From NCBI GenBank assembly GCA_050997195.1, contig JBPCRE010000182.1, positions 1 through 37,628 on the forward strand: 37,628 nucleotides of DNA, given 5' to 3'. Positions 1 to 7,145 of the stretch are shown in pieces. A program made the translations under genes and the position numbers. Position 1 is the stretch's first letter. Each line of letters opens with the position of its first letter. A model generated the notes under the pieces. That model saw only the letters and a list, made by a program, of their open reading frames with translations. It was not told the origin of the DNA and searched no databases. The stretch comes from Thermoleophilaceae bacterium (lineage in GTDB: Bacteria; Actinomycetota; Thermoleophilia; Solirubrobacterales; Thermoleophilaceae).

Positions 1-77
1 GAGGCCTCGACCACGAAGTCGAGCACCACCGCGATGGGGATGAACAGGGCGAGGACGTAGGTCGGCCGGACGCGCAT
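1..77 (-). CDS. First 25 codons of a gene that runs off the left edge; hydrophobic N-terminus, probable membrane protein
   Basis: The reverse complement of 1-77 reads ATG CGC GTC..., giving MRVRPTYVLALFIPIAVVLDFVVEA (ATG at 77-75). It forms one hydrophobic helix. It is too short to name. Confidence 0.3.
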   Translation of the reverse strand, partial: MRVRPTYVLALFIPIAVVLDFVVEA

Positions 78-146
78 CCCCGGTCCCTTGCTCAGATCCT
101 CACGGCGCCATCGGGGTTCGGCGGCGCGCCGAGCCCGACGGAGTCA

Positions 147-485
147 CTACCGGCCGACGTCCTCGTCGAGGGCGGCGTCGCCCGGGTCGTCCTCCTCCTC
201 GTCGGGCTCGAACGCGTCCGCCGTCTCCCCGGAGTGCCGGGGCTCGGAGGAGGAGTACATGGCCTGGAAGCTCTCGAGCAGCTCGTCGCGCTGGGCCTCG
301 TCCACGGGCGTCTCGTCGGAGATGAGCACCCAGTCGGCGCCCTCGAACTCCTCCATGGCGAAGATCTCGCCGTCGAGCGACGGAGAGTCGTCGATCACCA
401 CCATTACCTCGGTCTGAGGGTTGAAGTAGGTACCGGGACGGATGAGGAGCTCGTCGAGCTCGATGCGGCGCTGAGGGGTGGACAT
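147..485 (-). CDS. Hypothetical small acidic protein (112 aa)
   Basis: This is the C-terminal part of track ORF 147..755. I take the in-frame ATG at 485 (MSTPQRRIELDELLIRPGTYFNPQ...). The upstream extension is Arg/Ser/Ala-rich shadow-type sequence. The tail is acidic (EPDEEEDDPGD). I recognise no family. Confidence 0.55.
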   Translation of the reverse strand: MSTPQRRIELDELLIRPGTYFNPQTEVMVVIDDSPSLDGEIFAMEEFEGADWVLISDETPVDEAQRDELLESFQAMYSSSEPRHSGETADAFEPDEEEDDPGDAALDEDVGR

Positions 486-543
486 GGGCGGATGTATATC
501 CGACCGGGAGGCGGACGAAACCCTCGGGTGCGGCAAGCCCCGA

Positions 544-981
544 TCAGCCGCCGAGCTCGCGGGCCCGGCGGTCGATCTCCTCCTCCACGTCGAGCGGCGG
601 CTTGCCCCGCCGCGCGCGGCGCTCGTTGCGCGCCTCGACGAGGCCGCGGATCTCCCCGCGCAGGGCGGGATCGACCCGACGAGGGCCCGCGGCCGCGCGC
701 TTGACCGCGCGGATCTCGGCGTCGATGTCGAGCGGTGGGAGCCCGCGCGCCTCACGGCGCGCCGACTTGGCCTCGACGAGCTGGAGGATCTCCTCCTCGG
801 CCTCCGAGCGGGCCATGGCCGAGCCCGGAGGGGGCGGTGGCGGACGGTCGGGGGCGTCGAGCGAGAGGCCGCCGCGGCCGATCCGGTCGTGGCCCGAGCC
901 GCCGGTGAGCGAGATCACCACGGCCACCACGACGCCCACCACCAGGGTGCCGACCGCTACCCATACGAACGCCTCCTCCAC
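544..981 (-). CDS. Hypothetical membrane-anchored protein with an internal duplicated Arg-rich motif
   Basis: Track ORF 544..981. It has an N-terminal TM helix (WVAVGTLVVGVVVAVVISL), a Pro6 linker, then two copies of RRxxRGxPPLDxxxEI (SARREARGLPPLDIDAEI and NERRARRGKPPLDVEEEI). Confidence 0.55.
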   Translation of the reverse strand: MEEAFVWVAVGTLVVGVVVAVVISLTGGSGHDRIGRGGLSLDAPDRPPPPPPGSAMARSEAEEEILQLVEAKSARREARGLPPLDIDAEIRAVKRAAAGPRRVDPALRGEIRGLVEARNERRARRGKPPLDVEEEIDRRARELGG

Positions 982-1079
982 CGCGGTGAAGTCTTATCGG
1001 GGCGGGCCCCTGGGCGCGCCGGGCACGCCGCCGAAGGGATGTCCGCCGCGCTTTTCGCTACCCTTCCGAGCATGCGTTG

Positions 1080-1093
1080 ACTGACCAATCAGT
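1080..1093. promoter_or_regulatory. Palindrome ACTGA-CCAA-TCAGT in the divergent promoter region upstream of the acyl-CoA dehydrogenase operon; candidate repressor operator
   Basis: Read directly: gACTGAccaaTCAGTc at 1079-1094, 65 nt upstream of the GTG at 1158 and overlapping a TTGACT word at 1077-1082. The half-sites and spacing are identical to the palindrome at 24305-24318. Confidence 0.45.
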
Positions 1094-1157
1094 CGGGCGC
1101 GACGGGAGCTCCCGAGCCTCCGGCTGCCCTCCGATCCTGAATCCGAAGGAGAACCCC

Positions 1158-2339
1158 GTGGTCGATCTGACCCTCACCGACGAGCAGAAGGACCTTCGCG
1201 AGCTCGCGCACAACTTCGCCAAGAACGAGATCCGCCGGGTGGCGTGGGAGTACGACAGGAACTCCACCTTCCCGCGCGACATCATCGACCAGGCCTGGGA
1301 GCTCGGTCTCATGAACACCCACATCCCCGAGGAGTACGGAGGCGGCGGGCTCGACTACATGAGCGGCACGCTCATCGAGGAGGAGTTCGGCTGGGGCTGC
1401 TCGGGCATCGGCACCTCGCTGGAGTGCAACGGCCTGGCCACCGCGCCGCTGCTCATCGCGGCCTCCGACGAGATCAAGAGCAAGTACCTCGGCATGCTCA
1501 GCGAGGAGCCGAAGCTCGCCTCGTTCTGCCTCACCGAGCCCGACGCGGGCTCCGACGTGTCGAGCATGCGCACCACCGCCGTGCGCCGGGGCGACAAGTA
1601 CGTGATCAACGGCACCAAGTGCTTCATCACCAACGGCTCGCACGCCGACTGGTACACGGTCTACGCCAAGACCGACAAGGACGCCGGTCACCGCGGCATC
1701 TCGTGCTTCGTCGTGCCTCGGGACGCCGGCGTGGTGGTGGACAAGAAGGAGGACAAGCTCGGCCAGCGCGCCTCCGACACGGCCACCATCTCCTTCAACG
1801 ACGTGGAGATCCCCGCCGACCACCTCCTCGGCGAGGAGAACAAGGGCTTCAAGCTCGCGATGATGACGCTCGACCGCACGCGTCCCGGCGTGGCCGCCTC
1901 GGCGGTGGGCATCGCCCGGGCCGCCTTCGAGTTCGCCACCGAGTACTCGAAGGAGCGGGTGCAGTTCGGCGTGCCCATCGCCATGCACCAGGCCATCCAG
2001 TTCATCATCGCCGACATGGCCACCAAGGTCGAGGCCGCGCGCCTGCTCACCTGGCAGTCCGCGTCCCTGCTCGACCAGGGCAAGCGCAACACCCTCGCCT
2101 CCTCGCACGCCAAGCGCTTCGCCGCCGACTCGGCGATGGAGGTGGCCACCGACGCCGTGCAGGTCTACGGCGGCTACGGCTTCATCAAGGAGTACCCGGT
2201 GGAGAAGCTCATGCGCGACGCGAAGATCATGCAGCTCTACGAGGGCACCTCGCAGATCCAGCGACTGGTGATCGCCCGCGAGGTGCTCATGCCCCGCGAG
2301 ATCCCGACCGAGCTGGCCACCGCGGGCGCGGCGCACTAG
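1158..2339 (+). CDS. Acyl-CoA dehydrogenase (short/medium-chain, butyryl-CoA dehydrogenase-like)
   Basis: Track ORF 1077..2339. I start it at GTG 1158, preceded by AAGGAG at about 1146-1151. Full-length ACAD pattern: LTDEQKDLRELAHNFAKNEI, FCLTEPDAGSD, ITNG, QVYGGYGFIKEYPVEKLMRDAKIMQLYEGTSQIQRLVIAR. Confidence 0.92.
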   Translation: MVDLTLTDEQKDLRELAHNFAKNEIRRVAWEYDRNSTFPRDIIDQAWELGLMNTHIPEEYGGGGLDYMSGTLIEEEFGWGCSGIGTSLECNGLATAPLLIAASDEIKSKYLGMLSEEPKLASFCLTEPDAGSDVSSMRTTAVRRGDKYVINGTKCFITNGSHADWYTVYAKTDKDAGHRGISCFVVPRDAGVVVDKKEDKLGQRASDTATISFNDVEIPADHLLGEENKGFKLAMMTLDRTRPGVAASAVGIARAAFEFATEYSKERVQFGVPIAMHQAIQFIIADMATKVEAARLLTWQSASLLDQGKRNTLASSHAKRFAADSAMEVATDAVQVYGGYGFIKEYPVEKLMRDAKIMQLYEGTSQIQRLVIAREVLMPREIPTELATAGAAH

Positions 2340-2354
2340 GCGCATGGTCCGGTA

Positions 2355-2387
2355 TCCGGAGGGGCCGCCCGTGACGCGACCCCTCCG
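2355..2387 (+). terminator. GC-rich hairpin just after the ACAD stop (9-bp stem CCGGAGGGG/CCCCTCCGG, 15-nt loop); possible attenuator or RNA structure, with no U-tract
   Basis: Read directly: ccggagggg at 2355-2363 pairs with cccctccgg at 2379-2387. It lies between the stop at 2339 and the PadR coding signal. Confidence 0.25.
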
Positions 2388-2463
2388 GTCCGGGTCATGG
2401 GAGATCGCCTGTCCGGGGTCGGCTCTTCGGGGCGCCCGGCCCGCATGTCAGCATCACCGACCG

Positions 2464-3060
2464 ATGCCCCAGCCGAGGAAGAGGAGGCGCCCCTCCGTGA
2501 CCGAGAATTCGGGTCGCTCCGCCGCTCAGGCAGGGCGCTCCGGTCCCGGGCAGCGCGGAGAGCCCACCCAGGCGGCTCGCGACGCCGTGAGCCGCGCGAG
2601 CCAGATCGCCGACGCGCGGGAGGCGGCACGGCCGGCCTCGCCGCCCGGATCGTCGAGGAGCCGGCCCTCCGATCCCTTCGGTGGCGAGCTGCGCCGCCGC
2701 GAGGTGCTCCCCCTGCTGATCCTGCACTACATCAGCGCCACACCGTCCTACGGCAACCAGCTGATCGATCGCATCTCGAGCGTCACCGCCGGCGTGGTGT
2801 CGGTCAACCCGAACACCATGTACCCCCTGCTGCGCCAGCTCGAGGCCCGCGGGCTCATCGAGGGCCAGTGGGAGCATCCTGAGCGGCGCTCACGGCGCTT
2901 CTACTCGATTACCGCGGCGGGGCGAGAGGAGTACGCGCGGCTGCTGACCGAGGTGCGGCCCTTCCTCGACTCGGTGGCCCGATCGATCGAGGAGATCGTG
3001 GGGGAGGTCTACGGGAGCGGGCCCGACGCGGAGAGCCGGGCGCCCGGCGCCGTCGAGTAG
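2464..3060 (+). CDS. PadR-family transcriptional regulator with a long Arg/Ser/Pro-rich N-terminal extension
   Basis: Track ORF 2344..3060. The winged-helix PadR core is LLILHYISATPSYGNQLIDRISSVTAGVVSVNPNTMYPLLRQLEARGLIEGQWE...RRFYSITAAGREEY. GC3 is high from at least the ATG at 2464. The true start is uncertain (2344 or 2464). Confidence 0.8.
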   Translation: MPQPRKRRRPSVTENSGRSAAQAGRSGPGQRGEPTQAARDAVSRASQIADAREAARPASPPGSSRSRPSDPFGGELRRREVLPLLILHYISATPSYGNQLIDRISSVTAGVVSVNPNTMYPLLRQLEARGLIEGQWEHPERRSRRFYSITAAGREEYARLLTEVRPFLDSVARSIEEIVGEVYGSGPDAESRAPGAVE

Positions 3061-3101
3061 CCTTCGCGCCCTTCCCAAGGCTCGATCGACCGGGAGGTCG
3101 C

Positions 3102-3974
3102 ATGTTCGTATTCAAGGCCGCCGTCGTCGGCGCCGGGACCATGGGAGGCGAGATCGCTCAGGTCATCGCCTCCAACGACGTACCCGTCGTGCTGAAGGAC
3201 GTGGACCGGAAGTTCGTCGACCAGGGGCTCGCAAAGGCCCGCGACGTCACCCAGAACCAGCTCGACTCGCTCGTCAAGAAGGAGAAGATCTCCCAGGCCG
3301 ACGCCGACGGGAAGTACAAGGAGATCGTCGGGCGCATCACCGGCACGACCGAGTACGAGGGCTTCGGCGACGTGGACTTCGTCGTGGAGGCGGTGCCCGA
3401 GAGGATGGAGATCAAGCACGCGGTGCTGGCCGAGCTCGACGAGGTCTGCCCGGGCCACGCGGTGATCTCCTCGAACACCTCGTCGCTGTCGATCACCGAG
3501 ATGGCCGAGGGCACGAGCCGCCCCGACAAGGTCGTGGGCTTCCACTTCTTCTACCCGGCATCGATCATGCGGCTGATCGAGGTGATCGAGGGCGGGCCGA
3601 CCTCAGAGGACACCATGCAGTCGGCCTCGAACTTCGCTCAGCAGATCCGCAAGACGCCGATCCGCTGCCACGAGGTGCCGGGCTTCGTGGTCAACCGCAT
3701 CCTCAACTCCGCCATGTCGGAGATCTGGCGCGCCCAGCACGAGGATGGCCTCGACGTCAAGGACATCGACAAGACCGTGTCTGAGTCGGGTACCGCGCCG
3801 ATGGGGCCGTTCTACCTCGGCGACCTCCTCGGCCTCGACACCATCCTCCACGTGGCCGAGCACCTCCACGAGTCCTACGGCGAGCGCTTCTACGTCTCGC
3901 CCGCCATCAAGGAGCTCGTCGACGCGGGCAACCTCGGCCAGAAGACCGGAAAGGGTTTCTATGAGCACGGTTGA
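3102..3974 (+). CDS. 3-hydroxyacyl-CoA dehydrogenase (NAD-binding domain plus first C-terminal domain)
   Basis: ATG 3102 lies 4 nt after GGGAGG. Rossmann motif VVGAGTMGGEIA; also FFYPASIMRLIEVI, GFVVNRIL, and the typical Hbd ending GQKTGKGFYEHG. Confidence 0.92.
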   Translation: MFVFKAAVVGAGTMGGEIAQVIASNDVPVVLKDVDRKFVDQGLAKARDVTQNQLDSLVKKEKISQADADGKYKEIVGRITGTTEYEGFGDVDFVVEAVPERMEIKHAVLAELDEVCPGHAVISSNTSSLSITEMAEGTSRPDKVVGFHFFYPASIMRLIEVIEGGPTSEDTMQSASNFAQQIRKTPIRCHEVPGFVVNRILNSAMSEIWRAQHEDGLDVKDIDKTVSESGTAPMGPFYLGDLLGLDTILHVAEHLHESYGERFYVSPAIKELVDAGNLGQKTGKGFYEHG

Positions 3975-5064
3975 GTCAACCGGAACCGAGGGGCTGGTCG
4001 AGCGCTTCGGCCTCAAGGCGCTCGTCGAGAGCTGCCTCGTCCTCGAGGAGGGCGTGGCCGGCATCAAGGACATCGACCTCGGGATGATGGCCGGCGCCGG
4101 CATCATGCCCGGCCCCTTCGCCCGCGCCGACGATCAGGGCCTCGACGAGGTGCTGGCGGCCCTCGAGCGAGCCCGGTCGGAATGGGGCGAGCAGTTCACC
4201 CCGCCGCTGATCCTGCGCCGCCTCGTGGCCCAGGGGCGTCTTGGCAAGAAGAGCGGCCAGGGCTTCTTCCCCTACGCCCAGCAGGACGAGACCTACTCGC
4301 AGCGCGAGACCGTGCTCCTCGAGCGCCGGGGCGACATCGCCATCGCGTGGCTCAACCGTCCGCCGGCCAACGCCATCTCGCCTCAGCTGATCGCGGACCT
4401 GGCAGCCATCTGGAGCGACGTGGAGGGCGAGGCGCGGGTGCTGGTGATCACCTCCTCGACGCCGTTCACCTTCTGCGCGGGCGCCGACATCAAGGCGTTC
4501 ACGAAGATGGACCCCAGCACCGAGGGGGCCGAGCTCGTCGACACGGCCCACGCGCTCATGCGGGGCATGGAGACGTCCTCGACGTTCACGGTCGCGGCCG
4601 TCAACTCCGTGGCCTTCGGTGGCGGGTGCGAGCTGGCCATGGCCTGCGACTTCCGCATCGCCGCCCAGGGTGCGTCGTTCGGCCAGCCGGAGATCAACCT
4701 GGGGATCATCCCGGGCTTCGGCGGTACCCAGCGCCTGCCGCGGCTGGTGGGAGAGGGCAAGGCTCGGGAGATGAACCTGGTCGGGGAGCCGATCGGCGCG
4801 CAGGAGGCCGAGCGCATCGGCCTCGCCAACCGCGTGGTGCCCGATCACGAGCTCTTCGACACCGCGATGTCCTGGGCGCTCAAGCTCCGTGAGAAGGCGC
4901 CTCTGGCCGCCGGGGTCATCAAGACGGCCTCGGCCCAGGGTGACCTCGACGCGGGTCTCGCGGCCGAGAAGGAGGGCTTCGCCAAGGCGTTCTCCTCCGA
5001 GGACGCCAAGGAGGGGATCGCCGCCTTCCTCGGGAAGCGCCAGGCTCGCTTCCAGGGCAGGTGA
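3961..5064 (+). CDS. 3HCDH_C-type domain fused to enoyl-CoA hydratase (crotonase); the second half of a FadN-like bifunctional enzyme
   Basis: This is the part of track ORF 3745..5064 from ATG 3961 (MSTVESTGTEGLVERFGL...). It has a second 3-hydroxyacyl-CoA-DH C-terminal repeat (IDLGMMAGAGIMPGPF...GRLGKKSGQGFFPY), then crotonase motifs (FCAGADIKAF, AAVNSVAFGGGCELAMACDFRIA, FGQPEINLGIIPGFGGTQRLPRLVG). It overlaps the upstream gene by 14 nt in another frame. Confidence 0.88.
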   Translation: MSTVESTGTEGLVERFGLKALVESCLVLEEGVAGIKDIDLGMMAGAGIMPGPFARADDQGLDEVLAALERARSEWGEQFTPPLILRRLVAQGRLGKKSGQGFFPYAQQDETYSQRETVLLERRGDIAIAWLNRPPANAISPQLIADLAAIWSDVEGEARVLVITSSTPFTFCAGADIKAFTKMDPSTEGAELVDTAHALMRGMETSSTFTVAAVNSVAFGGGCELAMACDFRIAAQGASFGQPEINLGIIPGFGGTQRLPRLVGEGKAREMNLVGEPIGAQEAERIGLANRVVPDHELFDTAMSWALKLREKAPLAAGVIKTASAQGDLDAGLAAEKEGFAKAFSSEDAKEGIAAFLGKRQARFQGR

Positions 5065-5867
5065 CAGTCCCGGGGGGAGACCCCCGGGGCGTCGAACGCG
5101 CCGCCGAGCCCTCTGCCGAGGTCGCTCGGCTCGCAGAGCTCCTGCGCCAAGCGGGCACGGCGGTCGCGCTCACCGGCGCGGGCGTGTCGGTGCCATCCGG
5201 GGTGCCGGACTTCCGCTCTCCCGGAACGGGGCTGTGGGCGGGCGTCGACCCGATGGAGGTGGCCCACATCGACGCCTGGCGCCGCGATCCCGATCGCTTC
5301 TGGCGCTTCTACGGCGAGCGCTTCGCGAGCCTCGGAGCCGTGCGGCCGAACCCCGCGCACGAGGCGCTCGCCGAGCTCGAGCGTCGCGGCCTGATCGAGG
5401 CGGTGATCACCCAGAACGTGGACCGCCTGCACCGTCGGGCGGGCTCGCGGCGGGTGATCGAGGTCCACGGCTCGATCGAGTGGAGCCTCTGCATGAGCTG
5501 CGGGGGCCGCGTCGGTCTCGAGGAGGTGCTCGCACGCATCGCGGCGCGGCCGGGCGCGCCCGAGTGCGAGGCCTGCCTCACGCCGCTCAAGCCGGACGTG
5601 ACCCTGTTCGGAGAGATGCTGGATGAGGCGGCCATCGACGAGGCGCACGCCCTCGCCTCGGGGGCGGACCTCATGCTCTGCGTGGGCTCCTCGCTCGCCG
5701 TCTTCCCCGTGGCCTCGTTGCCTGAGGTCACCCTGTCCTCGGGTGGCCGCCTGGCCATCGTGACCCAGAGCGAGACCCCCTACGACGCCGAGGCCGAGAT
5801 CCTCCTCGGCGGCGACGTGGCGAGCGAGCTCACCGCGCTGGTGCTCGCACTCGACGCCCTCCGGTAG
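5061..5867 (+). CDS. cobB: NAD-dependent protein deacylase, Sir2 family
   Basis: GTG 5061 overlaps the upstream TGA (GTGA). Motifs: GAGVSVPSGVPDFRS, ITQNVDRLHRRAG, VIEVHGS, and a Zn ribbon CMSCGG...CEAC. Confidence 0.9.
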   Translation: MTVPGGDPRGVERAAEPSAEVARLAELLRQAGTAVALTGAGVSVPSGVPDFRSPGTGLWAGVDPMEVAHIDAWRRDPDRFWRFYGERFASLGAVRPNPAHEALAELERRGLIEAVITQNVDRLHRRAGSRRVIEVHGSIEWSLCMSCGGRVGLEEVLARIAARPGAPECEACLTPLKPDVTLFGEMLDEAAIDEAHALASGADLMLCVGSSLAVFPVASLPEVTLSSGGRLAIVTQSETPYDAEAEILLGGDVASELTALVLALDALR

Positions 5868-5893
5868 CGGCCCCCGGTCGGGGTCTCTACGGG

Positions 5894-6073
5894 TCAGTCG
5901 TGTGAGCGGGTGAGGTGGGCGAAGCGCTTCTCCACGCCCCCGACCTCGCGCCCGTTGATCCACGCCCGACCCGTCCTGGGCCGGGGCGAGAGCGCCCGGC
6001 GCGCCTCGATGGCGCGGGCCACGCGCTCGCGGCGCCTGCGCCGGGTGGCGATGGATGCGACCGGTGAGCTCAT
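5894..6073 (-). CDS. Small basic hypothetical protein (59 aa)
   Basis: Part of track ORF 5894..6127. The ATG at 6073 is preceded by a GGGAAGG-like SD. GC3 is very high in this frame. Sequence: MSSPVASIATRRRRRERVARAIEARRALSPRPRTGRAWINGREVGGVEKRFAHLTRSHD. No family recognised. Confidence 0.4.
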   Translation of the reverse strand: MSSPVASIATRRRRRERVARAIEARRALSPRPRTGRAWINGREVGGVEKRFAHLTRSHD

Positions 6074-6270
6074 GCGGACACCTTCCCTCACTCCCACTCT
6101 GGCGTCGAGGGCCCGCTGGTCGGACACCCGAGGCCACGATTTCGACCTCGTGTCGGGCCGTCAGCGACCGTAGCGGCCACTACCGCCCTCAGGTGAACGA
6201 GGCGTGACCGCCCCGTGAAGGTCCGGTGACGGCAACGCGAGGCGCCTCGTGACGGGCCGTCGGGCTCAGC

Positions 6271-7122
6271 TCAGCGCGGACGCAGAGCGCGCCGGCGTAC
6301 TGCCCCGGCCATGAGCTCGACGGCGTCACTCACCCGGGCGAGGAGCTCGGGGGCCGGCTCGCTCCCGAGGGCCGCGTTGGCGGCCTCGCTCACCGAGGCG
6401 CGGGCACTCTCGAGCTCGGCGAGCCCCGGGTCGCTCGAGCCGGCCAGCTCGGCGAGGAGGCACTCGAGAGCCACGCGGGCCTGCAGGGCCCCCTCTCGGG
6501 GGCGGTGCGCCTCGAGATCGGCGCGGGCGCGCAGCACGAGCTCCTCGCTCGGCGGCACCTCCTCACGGCCGGCGAGGATCGACGCGGTGCGCTCCTGAGG
6601 CGCGAGCAGGTCCGTGCGGGCCAGCCGCCGTGCCGCGCCCTCCACCTCGAGGGCGGCCTCGAAGCGCCCCTCGGACACGAGCTCTCCCGCGCCGTAGCCC
6701 ACGCGTACGTCGAGCGCCCGGTCGAGTGAGACGTCTCGAGCGTGGGGGTCGGCGGAGGCGGCTCGATGGGCGCGAAGCAGAACGTTGAGCTCACCCACGG
6801 CGTCTCCGAGCTCGGCGTCGAGGGCCGTCTCGTCTGAGCGCAGCGCGCCGAGCCAAGCACGCGCGTCCTCGTGCGTGCGAAGGGGCGCCGCACCGATCAC
6901 GGTGGCGCGAGCGATGCTTACGGTCGGCAGCTCCGCGCTCTCGGTGGTACGCAGGCGGCGCCGTGAGCGCCGGCGGCCACGGGGCACGCGCTCGGTGCCC
7001 AGCACGATGACCCGGCGTGCCTCAGCGTCGGGCCGCGAGCGCACCACGTAGCGGCCGCTCGCGGGGCCGAGCGCGAAGGGAAACTCGAGCTGGACGAAGG
7101 GAAAGGCGCGCGGAGAGGCCAC
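6271..7122 (-). CDS. Hypothetical Ala/Leu/Glu/Arg-rich protein, probably co-transcribed with the upstream cell-wall hydrolase
   Basis: Track ORF 6271..7266 trimmed to the first start codon downstream of the hydrolase stop (GTG at 7122, 24 nt after the stop at 7146). The N-terminus is VASPRAFPFVQLEFPFALGP...; the rest looks helical. No family recognised. Confidence 0.5.
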   Translation of the reverse strand: MASPRAFPFVQLEFPFALGPASGRYVVRSRPDAEARRVIVLGTERVPRGRRRSRRRLRTTESAELPTVSIARATVIGAAPLRTHEDARAWLGALRSDETALDAELGDAVGELNVLLRAHRAASADPHARDVSLDRALDVRVGYGAGELVSEGRFEAALEVEGAARRLARTDLLAPQERTASILAGREEVPPSEELVLRARADLEAHRPREGALQARVALECLLAELAGSSDPGLAELESARASVSEAANAALGSEPAPELLARVSDAVELMAGAVRRRALRPR

Positions 7123-7145
7123 CGCGCGGCGGGCGAAGCCGCCGA

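Noticed and set aside
1089-2345. 418-aa ORF antisense to the acyl-CoA dehydrogenase, and a 376-aa out-of-frame ORF at 1244..2374
   Set aside because: The composition is Arg/Gly/His/Ala-rich with no family resemblance. They exactly mirror a gene with a full-length, unmistakable ACAD match. These are classic shadow ORFs of GC-rich DNA.
4845-6137. 430-aa minus-strand ORF spanning the end of the hydratase gene and all of the Sir2 gene
   Set aside because: It is a shadow ORF. The plus strand carries clear crotonase and Sir2 motifs. Only the short 5894-6073 part, in another frame, has independent support.
6128-6270. Repeated GTGAC words and a 12-nt palindrome CGAGGCGCCTCG (6238-6249) downstream of the 6271 gene
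   Set aside because: The elements are short and GC-rich, and there is no U-tract. They are compatible with chance in this base composition, and I have no evidence for a specific element.
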